NCBI GenBank assembly: GCA_002633005.1
Contig: NMRA01000107.1
Coordinates: 1 to 64,000 of the forward strand
Direction: 5' to 3'
DNA: 64,000 bases
Source of the DNA: Phoronis australis
Taxonomy: Eukaryota > Animalia > Phoronida
The notes under the pieces: generated by a model
What the model was told of the DNA's origin: nothing
Seen by the model: the letters and a program-made list of their open reading frames with translations, nothing else
Database searches by the model: none
Translations under genes and position numbers: made by a program
In this document: one piece after another, positions 23,211 to 38,200 of the stretch
How positions within the stretch are numbered: position 1 is the first letter of the stretch
How the letters are laid out: every line of letters starts with the position of its first letter

Positions 23211-26200
23211 GTGTGTAGGATTAGGATGATAGACTAGGGCGCACCCAGGGTTCTCGTATTCAAAATCTTAGCCAGTCACTGACTGACCGACGCGGTCCGG
23301 CAGTCAGCTGCTCAGCAGGGCTACCCAATCAACAGTACGCGTAGCGCCTCGGCAGGATATCCAGGGGTACAATGCTCACCATTGCTTTCTGCACTGTAAT
23401 CTCATCCCGTGTATTTTAATCGGATTGTAGACGAAATCCACTCACCGAATAAGATGTTTTCTCATTGTCAAAAACACATTTTACAAAAAATTGTCACTTA
23501 AAAATGCACTTCCTCTCTTCAGGGATCTTTTCTGGTTCAACTTCAACGCATATATTCGATGAAGCATGTCTACAAGAATTAAGATGATTTGGCACGATGT
23601 CCACAAAGTGTTTTAATTGATGTCACGCAAGCAAGGCAAGGAGATTAGTGTACATGTCGAGTCAGTGAGGCGCCTGACACTTGCAAAAATTAAGTAGCAT
23701 CAATGGGAAGATATCCGGTGAAATTTGTAAGATTTTGGTCCCATGGACATTATGTTGATCATCAATAAGTGTGATTTCGTGTAACTTCCTTAAAATGACA
23801 CCCGATGACAGAAGGTGAAGTGAAGGGCGACAGATTTTCTTTGATATCTTCTAATTTTGTTGATAATTGTCTCCAGATCAGAGTCATAGTTCGTTATAAT
23901 TATAACATGTTGTGTATATATGCATGTTTCATATGTTGTATTTTGAGATGAGTAACTTTTTATGGGGGTGTTATCGCCTGTGTTTGCTTGAAGCATACAC
24001 AGCGTTGTAATTGCCCACTGTTCAGCTAAGCTATGCAATCAGTACCAACTTTTTTCGAACAGTCCTTTGTTAAGGGGCCCAAATCAGCAACTGCAGGGTC
24101 ATTTGACACTGCGAGTGGCAGGAGGCATTACATCATGACCTCTGGTGTGCAAAAATATGCAGTTGTCGATATGAACTTTCGTGAAAATTTTAATTGTGGG
24201 AGTGTTTGCTTGAGCTGGGAAGAATTGTTAAGACATCAACGACCTCCTAAGGTGTCTCTCTAAATGCATAAGGTGCTTAAAGAGCATCACTTTAAAAATG
24301 ATTTAATCAGTGTGAAGCATATACTCCGCCGAAAAGCGGTATATGGCGAGCCTGTGGGATGGCCACCGTCTCTACTGGGGCTAGTTGAGACAGTGGTACT
24401 GTCTACTAGCCAGCCACCTGTTTGAAGAATATTTAACATCAAAATACAGCTAGGAACTGTTGTATGTTAAGTTCACATGGTCCTTGAAATTTCATAGTGC
24501 CTTTATATTTCTGCTTGTCACCTGGCCGTGAAACTTATATGAACAAGTAGAGCTAATGACCAGCGGGGGTGCATGCAAAATCAGGTCAAGTGACATGCAC
24601 CTCATCCTTCATTGGAAAATCCGCTTTACATTTAAGCGTGACTTTTAAATTGAAAGTAGCGCTACCAGGACATTTTGCAAAAGTTTGCTGTTTTCAAATT
24701 TCAGGTTTTCCAACCCATCTTCTGGAGATGTTGCTGCCATATATTGATGAGTGTGACCTGCATACATTAGAGACTCAAGGATTTTGGAAGCACTTTGGTA
24801 TGACTGGCCTATGATCATAAATCATAATTAGAAAACATGGTGTTTAAATGGAAATAGATCTGCAATTTTGAAGTGTTCATTTTCTCTTTCTCCATCTTAA
24901 CTGCTCAAAGATGTGTAGGTCGACAGATAAAACAGTTTTTGAAGATAGTTGTTTAATTTTATTACGTCATTCTACTGATTAACACCAGCATTTACCTGTG
25001 AAACATATACACAAACATTATTGTTGTTAATTAAGGTATTGCTATATTGTAGTTATTGAGCAAATCATGGTTGTAATTGCTTGTTTGTTTCATGAACAGA
25101 AGAACAGCGAAAGGTCAAACCACTCACGGGGTTTTGACTCAGTTTTCCAAAAAGCCATGTAGCAGTCATTTTTTCATGACTTACTAACTTCTAAAGTGTT
25201 TCAATACATGGCTTTTGTTTCAAATAACAGGTTTAATAATTTCAAAATTGTTGATTTAGGTTTTAGTTTTTGTTATTTGGGCGTTAAGTGATAGCATGCG
25301 ACAACATGTTTCATATTGATGTCATACTGAACAGTAGGCAAAACCCAAATGTAGACATTAGGTTTGATATAATTCAAAAAGCAAATTTATTGAAGAAGAA
25401 GAAATTTCTCATCTTGGACTATTTACAACAGCTAAGCTTATTTCGCTATTCCAATAACAGAACATTAGTCGCCATGCTTTTGAAAAGGTCAAATTCTTAT
25501 GTGGTGCTGTTAGAGTTTAAGTAGCTCAAAAAGTCTGTCAGTGACACTAGGTTTCTGTCTTATTTCATAGGAAACGCGGTGGACGTCAAAATTAAACATG
25601 AAAGAAAAGGGAATTAACTGTGTATTTTTTTGTAGAATCCAAAATTTGAGGTACTCATAATCTAGAAAAAAAACTTATGCTGACGTAAGGAAATCAGTAA
25701 ACCCGGAAATATAATGTCATTACAACATGGATTGAACTAACACTAATTTAATGCATTTTTGGAAGGTTAATTCAGCGATAAGTGAAATCTGTTGAGCCCC
25801 CACAACACATTAAGTATCTGTTTCAGGAATAAACACAGAGAGTACTTGGAAGGCATACTGGAGCAATAAGTCAACATTGCATCAGTTCAAGAACTTCTTT
25901 CACTGTAAAGGAGATGTCCTTCCCTCCTTTTATCAACGGTGCATTAACTACAAGGGTGCAGTACGGCTTCGCAAGGTGCTATGTGAGTTTGACATGAAGG
26001 GAACACAGCCATGTGAGTTTGAGGTGTATGTCAAGAAGGGAACATAGCTGTGTGGGTTTGAGGTGTATGACATGAAGGGAACACGGCTGTGTGGGTTTGA
26101 GGTGTATGTCAAGAAGGGAACATAGCTGTGTGGGTTTGAGGTGTATGTCAAGAAGGGAACATAGCTGTGAGGGTTTGAGGTGTATGTCAAGAAGGGAACA

Positions 26201-29200
26201 CAGCTGTGTGGGTTTGAGGTGTATGTCAAGAAGGGAACATAGCTGTGTGGGTTTGAGGTGTATGTCAAGAAGGGAACACAGCTGTGTGGGTTTGAGGTGT
26301 ATGTCAAGAAGGGAACATAGCTGTGTGGGTTTGAGGTGTATGTCAAGAAGGGAACACAGCTGTGTGGGTTTGAGGTGTATGTCAAGAAGGGAACATAGCT
26401 GTGTTTGCTTGAGGTGTATGACATGAAAATTTAGCAAGTTCAACTGCTGCAACCTTTGTGTGTCTCACGTACTCACACAGATCTTCTAGTTGTAGTGTCA
26501 ACAACTGTTTCGCAGTAATTTTTTTTTTAGCTTAATGGAGCAATTTGCACAAGAGGCTCACATGAAGGTCATATCCAGTTCAACGCTCATGTTGAAGCTG
26601 TGTTAACCTCATCTGTTTGACTACATAGTCCCAGCATATGTTAATGCTAACAACCATTTTTATGTACCCGCAGTATGTGGTTGCATATTGCTGTCATCCT
26701 GTCTGGTTGTCTAAAACCCCCGGTCAGACCTTGATGAAATTTGGCGCAAGTGTATTGGACATCACTAAGCAGTGTATGCTGCTTTCAATTTGTTCCCAAC
26801 CCCTGGGCCAGAGGGGTGGGGCTTTTCAGTGGTTTTTGGAAAAAGCGTGTCTGGATGTTATCTAATATTTCAATGACACTTGTCACAGATGTATGTTACA
26901 CCAACACATGGGCACTAGTCCATTTTGGGCTTTTTGAGTTGCATTTGATGGATGGTCTCTAGAGAATCAGTTGATGGATTTCAATGAAACTTCACGCAGA
27001 GGTATATGACAATGGTGCGGCAGCAGTAGTCAATTTATTTTCTGATGGATTTGACTTCTGTAGCACCCCCTAGTGGCCGTTGTGGTCTCGGCAGGGGGCG
27101 TTTTCAGTAAATTTTTAGAGAGGGAAGAGCGTTTCTGAGTGATATCTGGAGAACCGATTGACGGATTTCAATGAAACGTGACACAGAGGCCTGTGACGGG
27201 TTTGCGGCGGCTCCAATTGTACAATTTCAAGCACTCCAAGCCCCCAGAGGCCACTCTGTCTAACTGTCCTGTTTTCTTCTCAATATCTTAAAAACTCCTT
27301 TATTAAAATGTAGCACAATTGCTAAGATGGTGCGTGATTTTCAAAGTTTCCAGATGATATCTAGAGAACTTATTGACGGATTGGAATGAATCTTTACACA
27401 GAGGTGTCTGCCAGCAATGTGCCAACAGCAGTTGATTTTGCGACAGATTCAACCTCCGTAGCACTATCCAGTGACTGTTTTACTCTCGACAAGGGGCTTT
27501 TCACAACTTTTTGGGAAGAGAGTTTACGGATGAGAACTAATAGATGGATTTCAATGAAACTTAACATACGGGTAGGCGACACCAATTTTTGGGCGGATTT
27601 GACCCCGTAGTTGCCATTTCTTTAGTATGGTTGCCTGTTGTCTAGTTGCTGACTTGAAATTTGAGAATCCCTGGGACCTGGACCATGGCTTGGACCATCG
27701 CTTTTCAGTTTTTCTTGGGGGGAAGAGCGCTTCCAGATGACAGAAGGATTTCAATGATGCATATTTGATGTCAGTTCTCTGGCAATAGTCAAGTGTTGGG
27801 TAAATGCAACATTTGCAGAACCCCTTAGTGTCCATTTTGATGTCAGTGTGAGGTTTTTAATATTTTTGGGACAAAGTGCGTTGTGGATTTTTAGATTTCA
27901 GTGAACTGATGTACATATAATGGAAATGAGCTAGTACTAATTGATTTTCTTGCGGATTTGGCTGCTGCAGCTGCGTGCCATAGGGCAGCTCCAGTTTGGA
28001 GGCGATTTGGAACAGATTCCAACAAGTGCTATGCTCCTTATGTCATTTCATCTCTCTCTTTGTACCTACTTAGCCTCACGATTATCCTTTGTTAAAAGAA
28101 GTACTAGACTATACTTGTTAATTTTTGGATGCATTATGCTGTGTCCTTGGTTGGTGTGTTTTTTTCTTTGTTGCAAATGTTGAAAACATTATTTTTTAAT
28201 GTTTTTGATTTGATCAAAGACAAATAGGTGCTTCAATGGTCTCTGGTTCAATGTTAGTTTTAAAAGGTGATGTACCAAAACTTTTTTGTCGACTCTGATT
28301 GTAGCAGCTACCTCTTTTGGGTCCAATTGTTGTCTCTTTGTACCTTAAAATTAGCACTTGTAGAAACCTAACATACCGTTGCTGGTGTACTGTGTGTGCA
28401 TACCTACACTGTGCTTTGCTCTCGTAAGAATTTTAGTCATTATCAACTATATGTTTATGATCGCATGTTTAATACTTCCAGATACAGCTGCCAACGATGT
28501 CTTTCAGTGCCGATGCAACCTGATCACATTAATACGTCACATGACCACGCTCTCATTACGAGCTGTGCACTTGTGCGCATTGGGTGACGCAGAACACTCA
28601 CAAATACTACAGAGCCTTTGCTGTAACTTGAAGCATCTGAGACTGTCGTACATTCATGATCTTAACGCTGATGATGTATTCCGTGTTCTTGGCAATCTCC
28701 TTCATAATGGATGTGTGAGAAAACTTGATATTGTTGATTGCTTACTGGGAGCTAGAGGATGGCGTAAACTGTTAGCTCTCTGCAGTGGAGTCAACGAAGA
28801 CAGCACTTGTGGTATCACTCACGTTAGAATGCACAGTTTTGTTGACTCAGATGCATTGAAGGATGTCTTGAAAACCTGGAGAAGCCTGGAGCAAATTGTG
28901 CTTGCTACGAAAAGTACGTATTATGCGGAATTTAGCATTAGTTGATTCTGACAATTCACAAACTTGTCATCTAGAGAGATAAATCTATGGACAAGATACA
29001 AAACTGGTATATTTGGTGTAAGTGTAAGTTAAAACTGTTGAATTAAGTTTTCATGACAACTCCAAAGCCTGCATTTTTAACATAAATTTCAGAGTTGTTC
29101 AGCAGAACTTCTGATTGTACTATGGCCTGTTTGCAAGGTTGTGTAGGACCCTAGGAAATGTTCAAATTTGGCTTATTTTGGTACATCGTATCTGATAAAT

Positions 29201-32200
29201 GGCTGATCAAATTCATATCAAACTTTCATTTTGAGCGCTTTATACATTGTTCCCCAAAACATGGTTAAGCACTGTTTATAGGTCCATATTTGAAATAGAG
29301 TGGTTATGAAAAATAGGACTTAATGCATGCTTTTGTGAAAAAAACCTAAAAACCCGCATAAAACAGACACGGAATGATAATTTAGAAAGCTGTTCAGCAT
29401 TTTTGAGATATCATCTAATATAGTGTTAACTGTTTAGCTTGTAAGTAAACTCTGGTTGAAGTTGGCAAAGTTTGCATTTCTAAACCAGAAAATCCACTTT
29501 ATATGCTTTGTTTCAATTTGCTGAATTGACTTTAACTTCGAAAATTTTGAACTTGTTGTAGGAGAATTCAAACCGGGAGCAAAGTAACCTAACTGCTAAT
29601 TAAATTAAAACTCGTTTGTGCGTCTATTAAAAACAGAATGTGGAGAAAACCGATCTTTAACATTTATATCAAGTGAAATTTGCTGGTGTTATGGACGCCG
29701 TTGCTTTGCTATACATGTGCCTCCTTTTTGCTAAATTCTACAAAAAAGGACACAATCACATGATCCTGTCAATGACGCTGTATACACGCTGTCTATTTTC
29801 AGAAAATATAAACATTTTCTGAATTAAATTTTATAGTGATATTTGGCTGAATGTAAAGACTTTCCAGTAAAGTATTATGAATTGATTTTTTAAAAAGACT
29901 CATTAGTTGAGCACCATGTTCAAATTTATTGTCATTTTCATGATTTTACAAAACATAATTAAGTTATAAGGAAGAGGGTTGTGACATGGAACTAGCTTAC
30001 GCCAGTTTTGTAACCTGGCTGTAAATAACATTTACGCTTTTGGTGTCGTAAAATTGGCAATGCAGAAAGACTCGATATAAGCTTTGCGTTTTTCAAAACT
30101 TGCTTTATTCATCGTCATCACTTTATTGCATTGATGTACACCAGCATTGAAGGTAACTGTTTTTAGTGTCAGTGACGTTTAATGGGGAAGGGGATTGCTT
30201 CAGTGTCATTTTTGGTTAAATTAGGATTTTCTGGTAGTTCTTGATAAATTAATGGAATTCACGGGTTCTAATTAATTATTCATGCGTCGCTTCGGAAGTA
30301 ACATGACCCAAATCATTCGGTGCCTGCTTTGTTTCTGCTATGATCCACTGTGGACATCTGTTGATTTAATTTTTCAAAGATTTCCGTAATTGCTTGCCTT
30401 CAGTGAATATTCTTGGAAGTCTTAGATTGTGGAATGAGTCATTGTTTGATCGCGTGTGATGGAAATAGCTGAAGTTGGTAACCATAAAAACATGAGCGTT
30501 GTACAGGATAAAGCTGTAGTGCTTGTTGGCCTTAGAGGCTGTGTTGATTGGTCACACACATAGTCGACTTTTCACACACACACACACACACGGGTGATGC
30601 CGACGGTTTGGCATCTTTTTTCAGAGCTTCTTTAGTCGGTATCTTCATGTTTTGTACATATGATTGTCAGTTTTGTAATCCGGTGATAAGAATTTTTTGC
30701 CACTCACATGATAGTTTTGCATCATTTTAGTCGTGGCATAAATGGGCAAGGCTACATGATTGACACATAGTAGCCAACTCAGACTGATCTTGTCATCCAC
30801 TGGAAAGTGGTAAAACTGAATTCCTGTGCTCTTGGAGAGCTCATGATGCTTGCAACTCGATATTCAACAACTACCAAACATAATGAATAAAACTCAGAGT
30901 GAGGTAAATAATGGTATGATTGGGACTGCGAACGTCTGCTTGGGAGCGATGCATGCATAATTACTCTGAACCTGGGGAAATTTAACGAAATCATACAATG
31001 CATTTTCTACCTCCACAATAGAGGAGAGTTGAATTCGAAATTGTCCTATTGGCTAGTTATTGATAATCTTCATTCTCTCTTAGTCCAGTTCAGCCGCAAC
31101 TGAGAACTAACATCAATGGCACTCAAAACTGCCTTCTCCTTTAAATCACATGATTGATCATATTATTAACATTGATAGTACAGTTAATGGAGGGAGGAAG
31201 GGCAAATGAATGTTCATGAAAACCTGACTTACATTTCTCTTCTACAGATGGTGACTTCTTCACGTCAGCTTTAGAAAGCCCTGCAACAAGGATATGCATG
31301 GAGAATATGAAGATGTGCGTGCTAAAAGTGACCGACTTTCGGACAACAGCTGCAGTAAGGTACATTGGTCAATCATATACAGCTGCTGGTGTACTTGTCA
31401 CCTCCCTCTGGTTTCATGCTGTTTTGCCATGGTGGTCTCTCTGTGTCTCCGGAGTGAAGGTCTTACTTATAACTCTTACTCTGAGATGTATGGATATAAG
31501 GTCATTTGGACCTGAAGAATGTTGATTGGAGTTTCTCCGGAATACAGCTCTTTTAGTTTAATGTTACTGCCTTGTGGTGACTTTTGAGAAGATAGTGGGA
31601 AGGGCCATTGTAAAAAAATTATCTTCTAATCTACAACAGTAATAGTAGTACGAAAGTTAGCACTGTGAAAAGATCATGTGACGAAGCGGCTTCTCATTGA
31701 TTAATGGAAGGAAGTAGCATTTGAACATTGCGATTGGTTGGAAAATAGCGCTCAAACATTCTGATTGGTTGACTGTCAATATTTACTGCCAGTTCAAACA
31801 TGACATGTACTGCATGTGTGACTCATCAGGTTCACAGGTGCCCCGGCATGAATATCAACTCTTCTTGTTCACAGGAAGGTTGTGCAATTTCTCAAGGTGT
31901 GTAATATGACACTGGCACTTGACTGTAATGATGCGTACCAGGCCAAAAGTAAGTACACTTCTGGAGATTCATAGTATTCTGCATCACTTGCTCTCATATC
32001 ATAAAACGTGTCCTAATAGTTCTTGGCAATTGAAATGAATCTCCTTAGCTCTTTTATTGTCACACGTACCTTAACTTTACCCAGTTAATCCTCAATTCAA
32101 TGGGAGATAGCTACAGCTTAATGACATTGGCAGACGACAGTAAAACAGTTTTACTGAATCCTGAATGTAAGACAATTTTTTCGTGTTTTTGAGGAAACTC

Positions 32201-35200
32201 CATTTGATCACGTACCTACTAAGTTGTGATTGATGCAAAGACAGTTAAATCTAAATTCTCATCGTTGAGGTGTCATGGACTTTTAATTAAAACAGTTTTA
32301 ATGGATAATCTGAGATTTAAATGCCAGGCATGAGACAAGGTATGCAGCGGGCCTGGCAGGATACGAATTTCATGCAAAACTCTCCATTGGATGTTCATTC
32401 TCCAGTTCACCTGAAATCTTGAATACTCTACCTGGCTCAGCGCATCATGCCATGTTTTTTAGATTATCATAAACCATGATTGTGCATGTTCCCCTGAAAG
32501 TTCGATAATAATTCACCAAGTAATGACAATTTTTCTGAGCTTTTAATGACTGCATCCTATGTTATACATACTCTCAAAATTTTATTAGTACTGTGAAGTC
32601 CCAATTCTACAAAACTTGGCAGTGAAAGGGTCACATACAACTTTGTCCTGTGTTACCTTTTATGAGTCAGTTTGCTATTTTTTGTTGACATTCACGCTGT
32701 CTTACTCTCATAATCTTGTGGCTCTACAGTGTGACACTATCTTTTACTGCCATAATCTTGTGTTCTACAATGTTTCACTGTTGTACCATCATAATCTTGT
32801 GGTTCTACAGTGTAACATTGTCTTAGTGTCATTATCTTGTGGTTCTGCAGTGTAACATTCTCTTAGTGTCATTATCTTGTGGTTCTGCAGTGTAACATTG
32901 TCTTAGTGTCATTATCTTGTGCTTCTGCAGTGTAACATTGTCTTAGTGTCATTATCTTGTGGTTCTGCAGTGTAACATTGTCTTAGTGTCATTATCTTGT
33001 GCTTCTGCAGTGTAACATTGTCTTAGTGTCATTGCCGTGTGGTTCTGCAGTGTAACATTGTCTTAGTGTCATAATCTTGTGGTTCTACAGTGTAACATTG
33101 TCTTACTGTTATAATCTTGTGGTTCTACAGTGTAACATTGTCTTTCTGTTATAATCTTGTGGTTCTGCAGTGTAACATTGTCTTAGTGTCATTATCTTGT
33201 GGTTCTACAGTGTAACATTGTCTTACTGTCATAATCTTGTAGTTCTACAGTGTAATACTGTCTTTCTGTCATAATCTTGTGGTTCTGCTGTGTAACATTG
33301 TCTTAGTGTCATTATCTTGTGGTTCTACAGTGTAGCATTGTCTTACTGTCATAATCTTGTGGTTCTACACTGTAACAATGTCTTAGTGCCATAATTTTGT
33401 GGTTCTAGAATGTAACATTGCCTGTTATTCATTGTCCTGATTTTCAACTCTAGGCTTTGTCGTTGTTGAACATTTGGAGTTTGAAGATTTCGAAGTGTTG
33501 ACCACCGACCCAGACTTTACGAGCTTCACAAACTTTTTTACTGTTGTCGGGGCGACAAGTTTGAGAAGTCTGGTCTGTACAAAGCTTGACGGTTGCATTG
33601 AAATTGGTGTATTTCTACGAGCTAACACCTGTAAGTAACAAACTGTGGTATGACAAGTTGTAGTTTATTTTGTTCTCTTTGTGCTCAGTTGTTGATCTTG
33701 CAGTAATGTTGTTTTTGAAATTTTATAAATCAACACTGACAGTTTGGCGTAATATTCATGACTTACAAAGATGTTGCTGTCTTTGATCGAGTTCTTCATG
33801 TACGGACATACAATCATTTTTTGCCATTGGGAAATTAGTGCTGCATTACCTATTTTCTAATTTAGTAGCAATATATTTATTAAGTTGCATCTCAATCTGT
33901 TTTGGAAGGCATGCGTCATAATGTCCAAACATTTATGTGGTTTAAGTTTTGATAGAGATGTTGTTGCAGTATCAGCAGACACACTGATGTATATACTTAT
34001 ACGATATTGTACAGGGTCTACAAGTGTCATGTGGCTGCTGCGTAGTAGTGGATATCAACAAGCGACTTTAATTTTCTGTTCCATTTGTAGACAAAGGTTT
34101 ACGAAAACTTGTTTGGGAACCAACAAAGGGCACCAGGGACGAATTAACATTTGACACAGACCTTCTGCTTACCAAACTGGAGTATTTTGATCAGTTAGAA
34201 GTCTTCCATCTTTCCCGACACCCGTTCACTGCCAGTTTTGGTATGTTATGTTAACATTTTAATTTTAATGGTGAACACCCTTTCAGTTTTAGTATAAAAC
34301 TCACGCATGTTTGCAATGCACTTGTGATATGCAGGCAAAATTAATTTTTAACTTAAATATTCGTAATATTTAGTGATCTTTAGAGCCAGCCCTGTTGACA
34401 GTGACTATGCAAATAAGGTACTGTACCACTTTATTCACTTGCCTAGAAGATGTGTCAGTTTTTACTTGGTGTAGAGCAAGTTGGTAGAGCAAGAGGGTTA
34501 CAGTCAATGTAAGGCAATAGTGGGGAACATTTTTCAATTTTCTGGTGTAGGTTTGGGTTGTTTTTACATTATTTTGATATAAATGTGGGGTGACACTTCC
34601 TGTAAAGGGGATTGAAAACTGAGATAGGAGGTCACTTTTCTTACTTGATATAAGTTTGGTCAGACAATACACAGGTGTGAATACTGACATGATTTTAAAA
34701 AATCTGTAGTCAGGATAGAGCATTGTTCCAGTAGACTTTTCCAGATGCAGTATTATAAGAATGTAATGGGCACAACTGTATCTTTTCACAAAAACATGGA
34801 TTGTATTTGTGTGACATTGTATAAATACCACCGCTATCCGCCCACCCTAAAAGAGATGAATACATCCCCTTGTGTCTTGCCTAACTCACCTGATCACAAG
34901 TAAAGTTTTGAAAAAACACTTTTGACATCGCATTAAAATACTCAAGGAATGTAAGTGTGTAACCATCTGTTTTTTTGCCCCAAATTCTCAGAAAATTGAG
35001 GAAACTGACGTAATTCATAGCTATGTGTTCAGTAGGGAATTCGTGACAATTTGAAATCTGTCTTACCAATTTTCGTCTCACAGTGAAAGAACACTGTTTA
35101 CAAAAAAAATTGCTAGTCAGTAGATCACATAATGACTGATTTAAGCAGTGCAGGTTCCCAGTAGTATGGCTTAAATTAATGTGAAAAGTTTTTAATGGCA

Positions 35201-38200
35201 CCTTTCAGTGGATCACATTGTTGTAAATATTAGTTCAGGACATGTCTGAAATGCTCAGAAAATAAATTTCTGTACCTGTGTGATTCACTGAAAATAATCT
35301 TAAGCAGTGCTCTTAATGGGGAAATTCTAATTTTTCAATACCTAAATTGAAGCAGGTTATTCAAAGACACAAAACAAAGACAGTTCAATCCTATCTACAC
35401 CATGATCAATTGATTTCTATTTCTTAACATGACATCTAGGATGTGAGTTAGCTTCAAAAAGCCATCAGTTTTGAGGGTGTGTGCCAACCTGTCAAAATTG
35501 GGCGGCTTGAAGTCAGTGTCAAGTGCACCTTCCATTTCTTTCAATGCTCTCCCAGCAAGGGAAACTTCAAGACAAAATTGTCCAGAGTTAAATTTGCGAT
35601 TTCTGTTTTCGTCTTAATTTGGAATGAAATGCACAAACACTCAAAGCTATCTTAAAACAGTGAAACACTCCACCATCCGTTTTGGGGTTTTGTTTCTGAC
35701 TAGTGTTGATTCTTAAAGCTGTGTCTTGTCACCGTTGGACAACGATCCTTGTGATACATATCAAAATGTCAAGAATTTCCTACTGAACTCGTACATGTAT
35801 GAAACAATTTCATTCTCTTAATTTCTTTGAAGTTTGGAACAGAAAACAGATGGTACACTTGTTTTTGAGTAGCTCAATTACTTAGCTACACTTTAGTAAC
35901 TACTCCCGAGACCAAGTTTGTGATGTTTTAGTGTAACTTTCATTGAGCAATATAACTTTTATTGAGCAAGCTCAAATTAACGTATTACATTCCAGTTATT
36001 TGCATTACATTTTATTTCAGTTCAAAGTCAACGTTTCATCGAGACTGTGGGTAATCATCCTAGTTTAAGAAATCTCTCCTTGCAAGGATGTCTTACAAGT
36101 AAGTACACTGTCTATACATGTCTCTGTTGTGTACTTGTTCATAGCCATCAGTTTTTATAATGGTCAATAGAGGGTGCTAGTGTTCAGTCGATTTTTGGGA
36201 AACATTTTTTCAAGGGGGCTGTTTGTGTCTTGACAACAGTTTACATTATGTGTTTCAGTAATGTAAAAATAATAGTTCATTAATGCTGGCCCATATGTTC
36301 AAGTCGTGTTTATTCCTGTTCATGTTTTTGGTGTAGCTGTTGCGTTTTTTTTATTTCCATGCAACAGCTCTATTGATTTTCAAAATTTTGTGTTCATCAG
36401 TCATCAATGCCTAGAAGACTAATCTCGTGGCATCATTTCTATTCATTTTAAGTTATCTATCGACCTTTAAAATTTAGACCACTGCAGTCATATCTGCTTT
36501 CAAAAATGCCGAATAGTTAATTTCATCAAAATCAAAATGAAGCCAAACATTTTTATAACTTATTTAGCTTGTATGTACAACTGTTTCGAATGTGTAGTGG
36601 AAATTTGTAGTCACAAAAGGCTCAAAGGATGGGCTTTAGGATAGTTTTGGGAAAATAATTATTTTTTGATGTTCCGAAGGTTAAGTTTTGATTATCAGTC
36701 AAAACACTATTAAGATGGTTACAGAAAGGTGTGTGAAACTTTCTTTAATTGAAATTATAGGGAACTTTACATAGCATAAAACTAATCGTTAAGCCTTAAT
36801 TGGTCATTTCTTCGTCACAGCCTTTCGAGGGGACTTATCGAGTACACTGCACAAAACTGACATGTTTTCAGTAAATAGCATCTTTTGAGTTAGTTTCAGG
36901 TATACCACAAATATTATAAGCTTACCTTAATTACATTGTCATTTGGGCCAAACAAAGTGATGTGAAATTTGGAAATTCTGGGTTACCGTTTGACATGCAA
37001 ATGAAACTATATTTAGATTACAGCCCCATCTGTACATCAACTGTATCCTGAACCCTTGTGGGTTATTTCTGATATCGTGCATTGAAGTCGTCATTTTCTA
37101 ATAACATTAAGTATTTTCTTCTCAGTTATACTTTTGCTATTCTTTTCAAAAAACATCAAAAATTGTTGCTTAGCCCCTTGCCTCTTCCTGGGTAGTGTTT
37201 TGAGACCCTTGCGAAAATGCAAGATCAGCAAAATTTCATGATACGTCACCATGCCTTGCGTGCAAAGCACATGACCATACTAGCTGTACACGCCAGATTT
37301 TGCATCTACGGAATGCAGCCCTGGTGATATGTTTCTGGTATTATTGATTGTCAGTCTGTGACTAATGTTTTCATCTATTTTTGTGTTTTTTGAAAAGTTG
37401 ATTGCGTGGTAAGATCAAAAGTCTTGAATGTGCTCAGTATTGTAAATTGACTTTTATAGCAAGCTGTTAAGATTTGAGTACATTCATTAGGTTGAGTTAT
37501 GGTCACTGTTATTGTACTCTTGTAGTTATTTGTGTCTAGTCGTCTCTTCTTAGCTCAATCAGGATTCAATAAACTGTGTTTATGATGTCATGGGAACAAT
37601 TACTTGAAGAGTGTGTAAAAGAATAGCCCTTGCTGGGGTCCTAGTTATAGCCGCAACTACTGCTTTCTAATTTCAAATGTAGTCGTGGCAACTTTGTTCT
37701 GGGCTGTGATTAAAGTCAAAGAGAAGTCACAGATTTTCATATAATGTCCAAGCTGCATTTTTGAAACTAGTTGTGTTGAGATGGTGGGTGGGCACTTACT
37801 TGTTTTTGAAGCGAGTGTGGGTCTGGGAAATATGTTTTTTGAGAGTTGAGTGTATGAAAAAAGGTCACTTTGTGGGAGTTTCTCTGAAAAAGGTCACACT
37901 TTGTTTGAATTTTGTTGCAGTAATATTTTATTATTGTGAATTAGTTGAAGTATTTGCGTTGCAAATCAGCAGAAAACAATAGATTCAGCAAACAAAAGCG
38001 AGTGAGTGAACTTCACAAATAGGTGGAGACTTAAGCTGGCCCCATGTGAAGCCTTTAGAGGTAAAATTTACTGATGATGATTTTCGTACAGGTCAAACTA
38101 CCTTGGAGCCCTCTAGTAAGTGACCATTTTGTTTTTCCTTGATGGATGATTAGTTTGTATGTGTATTTTTATTGAAAATAGCACAACTGATATGGATTTT

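Noticed and set aside
25948-26452. Periodic 111-158 aa ORFs on both strands
   Set aside because: Translations of a 39-bp intronic minisatellite
37921-37982. Acceptor tttgttgcag| as an LRRC41 exon start
   Set aside because: The required phase reaches TAG at 37980 before any convincing donor
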